From contig JAISRB010000055.1 of NCBI GenBank assembly GCA_031273825.1, positions 1-57,680 on the forward strand: a stretch of 57,680 nucleotides of DNA. The letters are read 5' to 3'. Below, piece after piece: positions 37,256-47,263 of this stretch; position 1 is the stretch's first letter, and each line of letters opens with the position of its first letter. The translations under genes were made by a program, and so were the position numbers. The notes under the pieces were generated by a model. That model saw nothing but the letters and a program-made list of their open reading frames with translations. It made no database searches and had not been told where the DNA came from. The stretch is from Clostridiales bacterium (GTDB lineage: Bacteria > Bacillota > Clostridia > Christensenellales > JAISNN01).

Positions 37256-39529
37256 CTAATCAATAATCACATTCGTAAACCACCGTATGTCCGCCGTCGA
37301 CACCTCCGCCTGCACTACCGTTCCGCCTATAACGCAATAACCCAAATTGGCATAGCCCTTTTTGGACGCAATCGGCTCGTAGTCAGGCGGGCATTCGGCA
37401 TAGACAAGTATCGAACGGTTTCCCGGCATAGAAATAATGCCTATGAGGTTTTGCGGCCCGGCGGTTTCGTCATAAGAGAAAAGAATGACCTGCCCCCAAT
37501 TGTCGGACGTTGTATTCTTAGAAAGCATACCAACCGTCGTCGATATGCCGCCGTTCGCCGGCAAGCGATAGACGGGAACGACCTTTCCGTCGCCGTCAAC
37601 CTTGTATCCGTAAACCGACAAGCCCTCGGGCGTCGGCACGGGAACGTAGCCCTCGGGCGCGGTTTCATAAATCCAAGAGATTGAAAATACGCTGTCAAAA
37701 ATCGTATTCGCCGCGTTGTCATAATTGAAGCCTATAACGCCGTCCGTTTCCAAGCCGCCGACCGTACAGACCTTTATATCAGACAGCTCGCCCATTCCGT
37801 TTAAGACATAGCCGGTCTTTGCGCCGGTGAGACGGCTATTAGGGGCGTAAACCGCGGTTTGGCTTCCGTCGTCGCTTTCTATATAGCCGTACCGCACAAA
37901 ATACTTTTCCGCATTCAACGCGTCGGCGTCAATGTCAACGTGTATTTCAAACCTTTGTCCGTCTTTTTCAATATATTGACTACTGTTTCCTCCCCCGACA
38001 ACGTATTGCCTCTCGTCGTTCTCAACGATAGTTGTTGTCCCGCCGCTCAATTGCCATCTTGCAAAAAACCTGCGCATTTTTCCGTCATCGTCAAAGATAT
38101 ACACATACACCGAATTTATAGACGGCGGCGTATCGCCGCCCGGCTCTTGAACGACGTTGTCGGTCAGCCACGAAGGACGGCTCTCGTAGAGAGAAAAAAA
38201 CAATTTATGCATATCGGAATATATCGGCTTGACTATCTCGGTTCCCGTTCCCGGAACGTTTCTGCCCGCCGCGTCGACAAAATAGTTTTCAAATTTTCCC
38301 GTATAAATCATGCCGTAAGGGTTTTTATAAAGATCCTTACCGGCCGGTTGACCGTTGATAAAGCCATAAACGCTATAAAAAGTATCGCTCATCAATCGTC
38401 CGACGTCGGAGAAAAGATCTTTTAGCTTGTCAAAGAAAGAAAGCTCGGAATATGAATCGTAGGAGGTATCGGAATATTCCACATATTCCGCATATTCGGC
38501 GGCGGTCATAGTTGTTGTTGTGACAACGGTTGCCGCGCCGTCCGTATTCGCGCTCGCGGCTTGTCCTTCTCCGTTTGCAATCTTATACAGCTTTGACCAA
38601 AAGTCAGACGAAACCGTCGGATCGGAGCTATGGCTTACATTCAAAGCGTCTCCTAAGCAGTACAAATATCTTCTATATCCGCAATAGCGCAGATATTCGT
38701 TTTCGGAGGTAATCAAAAGATAGCACGCCGTGAGATCGGCCTCGTTTTCCCGTACAATACCCTTGACGTGGGCAAGCTCGTGCGCCATAAGAACGGGCAA
38801 ATATGTAGGATTGTCAAGGTTATACGGGGCTATATTTGCCTCGCTTGTTATAGCCGCCGCGACGCCGGCGGTTCCCACCCACGACATAAACCAATCGTTG
38901 ACCATGCACTTTACAGGCGGCGTATAGGCAAAGAAATAGTTTTCGTCTAATCTCTTATATTCCTCCTTCAAAAGGCCGTTTATTTCGTCAAAGGTATACG
39001 GCTCTATGAGGTTGCCGCCGTCGTCATACAGCTTGTCGCGCAATACCTTAAAATCATACAAAAAGCTTTCGCCGACCCTTTCGACGGCCTCCGCGCCGTA
39101 GCGTTCGTCAAAATCGCCGTAAATCGGGAGCGCGATCGGAGCGCGGAAATATCCCATTCCTCCCGTAAAGAGAGCCAAATCGGCAACGGTGACAAACGTC
39201 ACCGCCGTCACCAAAAAGCCTCTCAAAACCCGTCTGTATTTTTTCTTTTTTAGCCCGACTACTCCGGCTACGGGCAGTATTATAGCCGCGGCTACGGCGG
39301 CTACGACTCCCCACTCAAATATTGAGAAAGGCAAAAGCTCGGTGAGCGAGCCGACGGCATAAACGTAATGCCGCGTAATGTTCATGGTAATCCATTCGAC
39401 GGCTGCGACGCTCTGTCTTATGACAAAGATAAACGCCATAAAAGCAAGCAGACAACCGAGGGCTACCGTCAAGCCCTTTAGCCCCGGGGTCTTTTTTGAT
39501 TCGGCGTTTTTTTGCGCGGTTTTTTTCAT
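37256..39529 (-). CDS. DUF3810-like membrane zinc-metallopeptidase-motif protein with a long C-terminal extension
   Basis: N-terminal TM helices and MAHELAHVKGIVRENEADL (HExxH). About 400 further aa have no recognised family. Confidence 0.7.
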   Translation of the reverse strand: MKKTAQKNAESKKTPGLKGLTVALGCLLAFMAFIFVIRQSVAAVEWITMNITRHYVYAVGSLTELLPFSIFEWGVVAAVAAAIILPVAGVVGLKKKKYRRVLRGFLVTAVTFVTVADLALFTGGMGYFRAPIALPIYGDFDERYGAEAVERVGESFLYDFKVLRDKLYDDGGNLIEPYTFDEINGLLKEEYKRLDENYFFAYTPPVKCMVNDWFMSWVGTAGVAAAITSEANIAPYNLDNPTYLPVLMAHELAHVKGIVRENEADLTACYLLITSENEYLRYCGYRRYLYCLGDALNVSHSSDPTVSSDFWSKLYKIANGEGQAASANTDGAATVVTTTTMTAAEYAEYVEYSDTSYDSYSELSFFDKLKDLFSDVGRLMSDTFYSVYGFINGQPAGKDLYKNPYGMIYTGKFENYFVDAAGRNVPGTGTEIVKPIYSDMHKLFFSLYESRPSWLTDNVVQEPGGDTPPSINSVYVYIFDDDGKMRRFFARWQLSGGTTTIVENDERQYVVGGGNSSQYIEKDGQRFEIHVDIDADALNAEKYFVRYGYIESDDGSQTAVYAPNSRLTGAKTGYVLNGMGELSDIKVCTVGGLETDGVIGFNYDNAANTIFDSVFSISWIYETAPEGYVPVPTPEGLSVYGYKVDGDGKVVPVYRLPANGGISTTVGMLSKNTTSDNWGQVILFSYDETAGPQNLIGIISMPGNRSILVYAECPPDYEPIASKKGYANLGYCVIGGTVVQAEVSTADIRWFTNVIID

Positions 39530-39713
39530 AATTTTAAGCTCCGTGTTTTATAGCGTGTTGACGCTAACCCGCAACGCGCCGTAGTCTTATTTTATTATAT
39601 TATAACACAAAAAAACGCCTAAAGCAATACCCTCGGCGTTTTTAATGTTTTGTGTATATATACAGCTACGCGCGAACCCGGCGTTTTCGGGCGATCCCTA
39701 CGATTCCGTTATA

Positions 39714-40904
39714 TTATACGGCGTTTACGGTGACGTTGATTTTTATATCTATCATATCGAGGTAGTTTTCACCGGCTTGAGCCGTCCATTTTTTTCCGAA
39801 CCGCTGATAAAAATTGTCGTTCAAAAAGAGTACGTCGGTTTTGTTTTCCTTGCATTTTTGCAGGGTTTTGTATACGCCGTTTTTTATCTTGTCGGCGACC
39901 GTCCGCCGCTCGTTGTCGGTCAGAGCCACCCTTTGGGTTTGATTTTGGGCGGCCGGCCGCCCGTCGTCGCGGGTTATCTCGCACACCGTCAACAAAACCT
40001 TGATTTCTGCGGTAAACGACGGTCCGTTAAGGTCGTATTTGGTTTTTAGTCTCTTGCGGTCGGTCTCAAAGGTGACGTTTTTGCCGTCGTCAAATTCCGC
40101 GGTAAAAACGCCCCTCGTGTTATTCCTCTCAAGAAAATTCAGATAGAGCGTTTCGTCCCTATCGAGCAAAAAAGCATACGCGCCGTCCTTAAAAACCGCC
40201 GTCTCGGTTATTCCGTAATATTGATTTTTTTGTTCTCCTCCGCTCTTTTCGCCGCTCCCGCTTTCGCCGCCGCCGTCTTGCGCTATGCCTCCGCTTTTTT
40301 CGCCGTCGATTTTGTCTAGGACGGGAACAAACGAGGCGCGGCTTCTCGAATAGTAATCGGCGTTGAAATCCTTTATCGTCTTTACCGAATACGACTTTGA
40401 CTGCTTGTCGGACAGCATGTCGTGCAAAAGCATCATGCCGCTTTGATTTATCGGGGAATTTATATCCATCGCGTCCTTGGCCTTTTCTTTGGTAAAGAGC
40501 ATCATCGAATTGCTTGCTATATCCGACTTGTTTATGAGAAAATCAAGCGCGTCGGCGACGCCGTTTTTTGCCGTTTCGCCGCCTATTATGACGACGTAGC
40601 ACAGAGCAAACGACAGAGTTTTTCCCGTCTTGACGTTGAGAGCCGCCACGGCCTTATCGACGCTTTTGCCCTTTGCGCCGACGGTCAGAGCTTGACCGTT
40701 GCCCGGCGACGAATCGGAAACACGCTTGGCCATAAAGGTCTGCGCCGTCAATTCGTATTCGTCTCCCTCTCTGTCTATCCCGAGACCGACGACTAAGGCC
40801 CGCTTGTTCAGACCGACGTTTTTTATATTCGCGCTCAATAAGACGAATACCGAAAGCGTCAAAAACAATATCAAAACCTTCTTTTTTCCCTTAATATTGC
40901 GCAT
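39714..40904 (-). CDS. Ger(x)C-family spore germination protein
   Basis: 396 aa with ALVVGLGIDREGDEYELTAQ. It is in the third position of a GerA-type operon. Confidence 0.8.
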   Translation of the reverse strand: MRNIKGKKKVLILFLTLSVFVLLSANIKNVGLNKRALVVGLGIDREGDEYELTAQTFMAKRVSDSSPGNGQALTVGAKGKSVDKAVAALNVKTGKTLSFALCYVVIIGGETAKNGVADALDFLINKSDIASNSMMLFTKEKAKDAMDINSPINQSGMMLLHDMLSDKQSKSYSVKTIKDFNADYYSRSRASFVPVLDKIDGEKSGGIAQDGGGESGSGEKSGGEQKNQYYGITETAVFKDGAYAFLLDRDETLYLNFLERNNTRGVFTAEFDDGKNVTFETDRKRLKTKYDLNGPSFTAEIKVLLTVCEITRDDGRPAAQNQTQRVALTDNERRTVADKIKNGVYKTLQKCKENKTDVLFLNDNFYQRFGKKWTAQAGENYLDMIDIKINVTVNAV

Positions 40905-41032
40905 TTCTTTTGCCTCTCTTTTTGCGTTTTTAGGTCGTTTTTTTATGCCTATATAGCGCGTCTGTCATATCGCTTTGCGCGGCTCTATATCGCGCTGTTT
41001 ATAACTTTTTCCGCGCTTCTACAACGCGCCTT

Positions 41033-42103
41033 TTATAATCTTTTCCGCGCCTCCAAGGCGCGTCTTACCGACCGTTTTTGCAAGGTATGGCAGACTATTA
41101 TGACGATCGGCGCGAGCGTACCGACAGCAAGCACAAAATATCTGATTGCCCCGGTCGACAGGTCAAAGAGCTTACTTACGTTCTTTAAGCCAAAAATATA
41201 CAAAAGAACCGTAAAGACGTTGACCGCCGCCGTGCCTATCCGTCTGTCCTTCAAAAAATATGACGCGCTTTCCGTCGCCGCCAAAAGCGTCAGCGCGAGA
41301 TTTATCACCGCCATGATAAACCACACGGTCAAGGACAGCGCGTCGGTTCTGCCGACCAAAATATTGCCTATATTAAAGGTTCCGAGCGCGACCAGGAGGT
41401 TGTCGGTCTTTGCCGCGCCCGACTTGAATACGGCGTTCAAAAACGCGTAGTGGGCTATCACCGTCACGGCGGTCAGGGCTATCATGAGCGGCATAGTCTT
41501 GCTCTTTTTTTTGCCGTCGGTTATAGTAAAAACTATCAGCGGCAAAAAGTCGCCCGTCCACATATAATATTTATCAAGCGCGGAAAAAAACGATTTTCCG
41601 TCCGTCGCAAAAAACGGAAGATTATACATAAAATTTACGTCCGACTCGACGGTGACAAGGTTTATCGCAAGACAGACGACGACGGCTACGACAAAGATTT
41701 CGCCCATTTTTGCCAAAACGCCGCCGCCCTTGACGGCTATATAGCTTGTAAGCGCGCCGATAGCCGCATAGACAAAAACGACGTGACCGTCCTTAAAAAG
41801 ATTAGAGCTTATGCAATAAGAAACCTCGCCCGACATTACGGCGAATTTCAGCGCGAACAGGGCAAAAAGCGCGAGCATTATCCCCGCCCGCAGGTTGTGC
41901 GGAAGCTTTTCTATGACGCGGTTTTTGGCTATATAATAAATCAAAAAGAGGCATAAAAAATCAAATAAAAGATAGACGGCTACGGCAAAAATATTGTCGT
42001 TTGCGACAATTTCCGTAAGGTAAGCCGGCAAAAACGCAAGCTTAAAGACGACGCCGGCAAAAAATATCAATATGGCAAATTGCCTCTTATAAATTCCGTT
42101 CAT
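41033..42103 (-). CDS. Spore germination protein, GerAB-type permease
   Basis: 356 aa with about 10 TM segments. ATG at 42103 follows GGGAGAG. The track's N-extension is rejected. Confidence 0.8.
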   Translation of the reverse strand: MNGIYKRQFAILIFFAGVVFKLAFLPAYLTEIVANDNIFAVAVYLLFDFLCLFLIYYIAKNRVIEKLPHNLRAGIMLALFALFALKFAVMSGEVSYCISSNLFKDGHVVFVYAAIGALTSYIAVKGGGVLAKMGEIFVVAVVVCLAINLVTVESDVNFMYNLPFFATDGKSFFSALDKYYMWTGDFLPLIVFTITDGKKKSKTMPLMIALTAVTVIAHYAFLNAVFKSGAAKTDNLLVALGTFNIGNILVGRTDALSLTVWFIMAVINLALTLLAATESASYFLKDRRIGTAAVNVFTVLLYIFGLKNVSKLFDLSTGAIRYFVLAVGTLAPIVIIVCHTLQKRSVRRALEARKRL

Positions 42104-42165
42104 TGTTCTCTCCCGCCGTTTTTGTTTTTGACATTTTATTTGCGGCAACCAAAAGCCGCGCCGCC

Positions 42166-43653
42166 CTATTTCATTCTTATATCGTTTTGATGCGGTATAG
42201 ACTCGGGCCGTTTTTTGAGATTGAGGAGGCTCTGCTTGTCTATCGAATCCTTTATGTCCTCTCTTATATAGGGCGCGAACGGAGCGAGATACGGCGCGCC
42301 GTAGCTGTCGTAGGTCAGCATATAGGCGGTCATTGCAAGCGCGCAAAGTATCAGCCCGAAAAACCCGAAAAGCGACGATGCCAGCACCAACGCCAGACGA
42401 AATATGCTAAACGAGCTTATCTCGTCGGGTATGCAATATATTCCGATATTAGACATAGCCGCAATCAAAACCGTAGGCGAGCTTATAAGCCCGGCCTTGA
42501 CGGCGGTGTCGCCCAAAATTATCGCGCCGATAAGAGACAGCGACATGCCTATATAGCGCGGCATTCTGACGCTTGCCTCGTTGAGAATTTCAAAAATAAG
42601 CAGGACGAATATCATTTCTATCTCGACGGTAAACGGCAGCTCGTTGACCGAATTTATCACCGATATCAAAAAATTCATAGGCAGCAGCTGATAGTGCCGC
42701 GTCAAAACCGCTACATAAAAGCCCGGCAAAAGCAAGGCAAGTATTTCGCCTATAATTCTTATCATTCTGATAAAAAACGAACGCGCGTCGTTTTTGTAGT
42801 AGTCCGCGCTGTCCTGCAAGTCCTCAATCAAAATAAAGGGTATAGTAAGGACTATAGGCGAGCCGTCGGAGACTACCGCCACGCGCCCTTCGAGCAGCTT
42901 TGCCGTCACTATGTCGGGCTTTTCACTGACTCCGATTTGCTTTAACATGCTATACTTGCGTTCCTTCAGAAATTCCGCCAAATATGACGAGTCTATAACG
43001 CCGTCGACGTCGATTTCTTTGAGCCTTTTTCTGACCTTTTCGACGATATTCGGGTCGGCTATGCTCGATATATAGACGAGTGAAACGCCCGTAGAGGTAT
43101 ACCTCCCCACCTTGATTGTCTCGACGACAAAATCGCGGCTTCTTAGCCGCTTTCTAAGGAGGGCGGTGTTGATTTTCATGTCCTCGGTAAAGCCCTCTCT
43201 CGGCCCTTTTAAAACCGTAGACGTGGGCGGCTCGCTTATGGCTCTCGACGGATTGCTCCTGATAGAAAACAGATAATATTCGCCCGCCCCCCCGATAAAA
43301 AGCGCGACGTCTCCGTCGGCGATTTTTTTGACCAGCTTTTCAAAATCAGTCTCGGTCGCCGTCTCGTCGGCCGCGCTTATATGCGCCTTTAATACGTCAA
43401 AATACGAAGTCACGGCTTCGCCCGTTTTGCCTTGACCTTGTCCGTCGGCGTTGTTGTCCGCGCCGCCCTGCAGACGGCTTTTTATCAACGCGTCGATGAC
43501 GTTTCTTTCGACGCTCAGCTTGTCTATAAGCCCGTCTATATAGCAAATACACACGGGCTTGCCGCCCGCGTAAAATTCCTTAAAATTCAAATCGTCCGTC
43601 CGATGAAAGGCTTCCTCTAACCTCGCCCTTAACCCGTCTATCTCTATAATCAT
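42166..43653 (-). CDS. Spore germination protein, GerAA-type
   Basis: 495 aa with the typical soluble N-domain and a C-terminal TM region (PTVLIAAMSNIG...). Confidence 0.85.
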   Translation of the reverse strand: MIIEIDGLRARLEEAFHRTDDLNFKEFYAGGKPVCICYIDGLIDKLSVERNVIDALIKSRLQGGADNNADGQGQGKTGEAVTSYFDVLKAHISAADETATETDFEKLVKKIADGDVALFIGGAGEYYLFSIRSNPSRAISEPPTSTVLKGPREGFTEDMKINTALLRKRLRSRDFVVETIKVGRYTSTGVSLVYISSIADPNIVEKVRKRLKEIDVDGVIDSSYLAEFLKERKYSMLKQIGVSEKPDIVTAKLLEGRVAVVSDGSPIVLTIPFILIEDLQDSADYYKNDARSFFIRMIRIIGEILALLLPGFYVAVLTRHYQLLPMNFLISVINSVNELPFTVEIEMIFVLLIFEILNEASVRMPRYIGMSLSLIGAIILGDTAVKAGLISSPTVLIAAMSNIGIYCIPDEISSFSIFRLALVLASSLFGFFGLILCALAMTAYMLTYDSYGAPYLAPFAPYIREDIKDSIDKQSLLNLKKRPESIPHQNDIRMK

Positions 43654-43821
43654 ATGACCGCGCCTTTTTATCAGTTTTATTGTCCGTCTCGCCTAAAGAC
43701 GGGTCAAACGCATTTTCATGCGCTCGCCCCGACCTAAATAGGGCTTTAAGCGCGACCGAATATGCGTAAGCGATAATAGTATGAGAAAGCCTTTAAAATT
43801 TTATGCGCCTTAAAGAGTATT

Positions 43822-43847
43822 AAAAAAGCGCGGGTGGCAGCCCGCGC
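43822..43847 (-). terminator. Rho-independent terminator of dnaA
   Basis: Minus strand GCGCGGG-CTGCCA-CCCGCGC followed by TTTTTTAA. A/T runs flank it on both sides, so it may act in both directions. Confidence 0.75.
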
Positions 43848-43875
43848 TTCGCGCTTTTTTGCGTTTTTTTGATTT

Positions 43876-45279
43876 TTATCGTTTTACCTCGTTTATGTAG
43901 GTCTGAACGTCTATGACCTTGGCCTTTATCTTTGCGTCGGTCTTGATTTTTTCGGCGATTTTGTCGCGGGCGTGTATGACCGTCGTGTGGTCGCGTCCCC
44001 CGAATAGCTGTCCTATCGAGACGAGGGGCAGAGACAGCATTTCGGTTATGAGATATATGGCTATCTGCCGCGGCTCGACGACCTCCTTATTTTTCTTTTT
44101 GCCGGTTATGTCGCTTTTTGTTATGTTGTAGCGGCTGCAGCAGGCGTCGATAATGTCGTATGCCGTCAGGCTCTCTTTTTTTACGTCGACGTAGTCCTTT
44201 AAGGCCTCGCCGGCAAGCGTCAGGCTGTTTGCCGGTCTGCCTACGAGCGTCGAATAAAAGACGACGCGCGACAGCAGCCCCTCCATTTCTCTTATGTTGC
44301 TGTCGACCTTTTCGGCGATAAAGTTTATGACGACGGGGTCTACGTTATATTTTTCCTGCAGGGCTTTTTTCTTTAATATCGCCACTCTCGTCTCGAGGTC
44401 GGGCGGCTGGATGTCGGCGATAAGCCCCGACAAAAACCGCGAACGCAGGCGTTCCTCAAGGTGAGAAATCTCCTTTGGCGGCTTGTCCGAGGTCATAATT
44501 ATCTGCTTGCCGTTTTGGTAGAGGTCGTTAAAGGTGTGGAATACCGCGTCCTGCGTTCCCGCCTTTCCCGACAAAAACTGAATGTCGTCCATCATCAGCA
44601 CGTCCGCGCTCCTATATTTTTCGCGGAATTCGCGGCTGTCCTTGTTGTTCCTTATGGAATCTATAAGCTCGTTGGTAAACTTCTCGGTCGGAACGCAGGT
44701 TATCTTTAGCGACGGATTTTTTTCGCGCAGATAGTTTCCGATGGCGTGCATTATGTGCGTCTTGCCGAGTCCCACGCCTCCGTATATAAACAGCGGATTA
44801 TATTTCTTTCCCGGATCTTCGGCGACCGCCCTTGCGGCGGCGGCGACGTATCTGTTTGATTCGGCGACTACAAAATTGTCAAAGGTATATTTAGGCACAA
44901 AAAACGTGCCGTTCTCCTCTTTTTTTTCGACGGCGGCGGCTATCAGCTCGGCTTCGCCCGAGTGCGCCTTATCGATATAACGCTCCTTTTCGTCGTCAAC
45001 GATGATTTCGACGTCGGAAACGCAAAAATCAGCGTCGGCCTTTAAATCTGAATTATAAATTACGCTTTCGCCCGCCTTGATTAGCGCGGAGCGTATGTCG
45101 CCGATATAATTTTTGTTTATCAGCACCTGCGAGGATTTTGACGGCGTAATCAAAATGAGCTTGTCGTCGGCGACGCATAGCGGAATTAACGTTTTTATCC
45201 AAACGTCATAACTGACCTGCGACATAGAGGCCGACATCGTTTCGAGAGCCCGTGACCATAATTCATCAATTTTTAACAT
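43876..45279 (-). CDS. dnaA: Chromosomal replication initiator DnaA
   Basis: 467 aa with Walker A GGVGLGKTH, DDIQFL, sensor motifs, and the domain IV HTH (GGRDHTTVIHA). Confidence 0.95.
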   Translation of the reverse strand: MLKIDELWSRALETMSASMSQVSYDVWIKTLIPLCVADDKLILITPSKSSQVLINKNYIGDIRSALIKAGESVIYNSDLKADADFCVSDVEIIVDDEKERYIDKAHSGEAELIAAAVEKKEENGTFFVPKYTFDNFVVAESNRYVAAAARAVAEDPGKKYNPLFIYGGVGLGKTHIMHAIGNYLREKNPSLKITCVPTEKFTNELIDSIRNNKDSREFREKYRSADVLMMDDIQFLSGKAGTQDAVFHTFNDLYQNGKQIIMTSDKPPKEISHLEERLRSRFLSGLIADIQPPDLETRVAILKKKALQEKYNVDPVVINFIAEKVDSNIREMEGLLSRVVFYSTLVGRPANSLTLAGEALKDYVDVKKESLTAYDIIDACCSRYNITKSDITGKKKNKEVVEPRQIAIYLITEMLSLPLVSIGQLFGGRDHTTVIHARDKIAEKIKTDAKIKAKVIDVQTYINEVKR

Positions 45280-45436
45280 AGCTAAATAATTATACTATTT
45301 ACTTCGATTTTTTTCAAGGAATAACGACAAAAAATTTAAAAAAATTTAAAAAATTTAAGGTTAGCCGCATAAAAATTGTGACGGGGCGCGACGTCGGACA
45401 CAAGCCGGCCGCCCCGAATCAAAACCGGTAACGGCG

Positions 45437-45904
45437 TTATTTGACGCTTTTTCTCCTCTCTCTAAAAAAGGCTTGGAGCAGCCCGAGACACTCCCCGCTA
45501 AGCAAACCCTCAAAACACCGCGTCTTGTGATTGTAGCCTCCGCCCTCCAATATTTCGCGGCTCGACGCCTTGTCGTCGGCTACGGCGTAATATAAATTTC
45601 TTATTCTCGACTGAACAATCGCGCCCGCGCACATAGGGCAAGGCTCAAGCGTCACATAGAGGTCGCAACCGTCAAGCCGCCAATCGCCGAGAATTTTTTC
45701 GGCTTTTTTTATGGCGGCGGTTTCGGCGTGGCAGAGCACGCTGCGGTTTTTTTCTATGGAGTTGTGCGCGGAGGCGATTATTTCGCCGTTTTTTACTATG
45801 ACCGCGCCTACCGGCACCTCGCCTGCTTTATAGGCCTTTTTTGCCTCGGCGAGGGCTTTTCTCATAAAATATTCTCCGTTGTCAAAATTATCCGAAGCGT
45901 CCAC
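45437..45904 (-). CDS. tadA: tRNA-specific adenosine deaminase
   Basis: HAETAAI and PCPMCAGA zinc motifs. Confidence 0.9.
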   Translation of the reverse strand: MDASDNFDNGEYFMRKALAEAKKAYKAGEVPVGAVIVKNGEIIASAHNSIEKNRSVLCHAETAAIKKAEKILGDWRLDGCDLYVTLEPCPMCAGAIVQSRIRNLYYAVADDKASSREILEGGGYNHKTRCFEGLLSGECLGLLQAFFRERRKSVK

Positions 45905-46793
45905 GTCGTCCTCCTCTCAAAATGTAGTCAGTGACCTCTGTCACGCCTGAGTTTCTCTGCCAAATAGCGTCAAAATCGCCGTTCAGCTCCGCGTAGGTCT
46001 TGTTTTCCGCGCCGACCTCAAAGGTCAGGCTCAAACGGTCGTAGGTCATGGTAAACCAATCCTTATAGCCGCCCGCGCTCCCCGCGCTCCAAGAAAGCCG
46101 ATAGCCCGTGACCTTAGAATACAGCTCCGCGCCCGCGGGGCAAGGCGTGTTGTTTTTGTAGCCGTAATAGATTACCTCGCCCTTGCAGTGATAGCACAGC
46201 GCGATATCAAAGCCGAGCTTAGCCGTGAAATCGGTGAGGGCGCGTGTTTCCGTCTGACTTTCCGGATATTCGCCGATATAGTTTGACGGAGACGGAACCG
46301 TGACGTTTTGAGTCCCCGTTCCCCAATCGGCGTCAAAGTTTACGTTGAGGTCTACGGCGTTGATATTCGCCTTCCAGAGGCTAAAGTCCGGGCCGCCGTT
46401 TATCCTTAACAGTCTTTGCTTTATCGCGTCCTTCTCGCCTGCAATAAGGCTTTGAATAAAGCCGCCGTCAATCAAAAAGTCGAGCGCGTCAAGCCCGAAT
46501 ACGCACAGCGCGACGCCGTCGACGTTGACCAGCGGAACAAAATATATCGCGCTTTTGCCGTCGTATTCCTCCGCCATTTTGACTGCAAGCGGCGCGGTTA
46601 TATATTCGCGCGCGTGAATCGCCCCGAATATCAAGGCCTTGCCGTAAGCTTCGTCTCCCTTTTTTATATAGGGAATCGCGCACCCGAGCGCGGTTTTGCC
46701 TATACAGCCCGTCTCAAATCCGCGCTTTTTGAATTCCCCGACCGCCCGATAAACGCCGTTTATTACGTCCTTTGGGTTTATAATGCCGCTCAT
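45888..46793 (-). CDS. M14-family metallocarboxypeptidase (gamma-D-glutamyl-diamino acid peptidase-like)
   Basis: FGAIHAREYIT (HxxE) and the general length and pattern of the family. It overlaps the tadA start by 17 nt. Confidence 0.75.
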   Translation of the reverse strand: MSGIINPKDVINGVYRAVGEFKKRGFETGCIGKTALGCAIPYIKKGDEAYGKALIFGAIHAREYITAPLAVKMAEEYDGKSAIYFVPLVNVDGVALCVFGLDALDFLIDGGFIQSLIAGEKDAIKQRLLRINGGPDFSLWKANINAVDLNVNFDADWGTGTQNVTVPSPSNYIGEYPESQTETRALTDFTAKLGFDIALCYHCKGEVIYYGYKNNTPCPAGAELYSKVTGYRLSWSAGSAGGYKDWFTMTYDRLSLTFEVGAENKTYAELNGDFDAIWQRNSGVTEVTDYILRGGRRGRFG

Positions 46794-46828
46794 AATAAAA
46801 ACTCCTTTTTATCATTATATGAGTTTTA

Positions 46829-47024
46829 GCGAGCAGCGGTCAGTGAGCCGTGGTCAGTGAGCCGTGGTCAGTGGTCGTCAGTGAGCGGTCGTCAGTGAGC
46901 GGTGGTCAGTGAGCGGTGAGCAGTGAGCGGCGGTCAGTGAGCCGTGGTCAGTGGTCAGTGAGCGGTGGTCAGTGAGCCGTGGTCAGTGAGCAGTGAGCAG
47001 TGAGCGGCGGCGGTAGTTAGTGAA
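46829..47024. repeat. Imperfect 14-nt minisatellite (GGTGGTCAGTGAGC)n
   Basis: About a dozen CAGTGAGC cores at 9-14 nt spacing. Stop codons occur in every frame. It lies between divergent genes. Confidence 0.85.
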
Positions 47025-47052
47025 TTGCGCGGTTTGCCGTCACACACCCGTT

Positions 47053-47081
47053 GTAGGGGCGGACGCCCCCGGCCGCCCGCA
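47053..47081 (+). repeat. GC-rich REP-like palindromic element
   Basis: GTAGGGGCGGACGCCCCCGGCCGCCCGCA (stem GGGCGG/CCGCCC). Copies also occur at 51482-51508 and, inverted, at 51600-51628. Confidence 0.8.
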
Positions 47082-47263
47082 AAGCAACGCTTGCTTATAT
47101 ATTATACAACGCCGCATTTTTTTAGTCAAGGGGTTATAAGCAACAAGCCTATATTCACCGCCGCTGACCGCTACCTATTCACTATTCGCCGCCCCGAAAT
47201 AATTTGCTTTTTTTGCCGCGATGTAGTATGATATTGTCATCAACAAAAAAGGGCTTTCTTTTG

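Noticed and set aside
45280-45436. Looked for an oriC-type DnaA-box cluster upstream of dnaA, and also in 43654-43875.
   Set aside because: No TTATCCACA or TGTGGATAA-like 9-mers were found by eye. The only near-match (TTATCCAAA, about 45194) lies inside the dnaA coding sequence.
46829-47024. Considered whether the CAGTGAGC repeat array is a CRISPR array.
   Set aside because: The units are only about 9-14 nt long and directly abutting, with no unique spacers. No cas genes are nearby. It is a minisatellite.
47025-47231. 68-aa ORF (MRGLPSHTRCRGGRPRPPA...), and likewise the 171-aa ORF at 51265..51780.
   Set aside because: Both are read through REP-like palindromes and T-rich leader repeats. Their Arg/Pro/Cys/Phe-rich low-complexity translations have no RBS or coding character.
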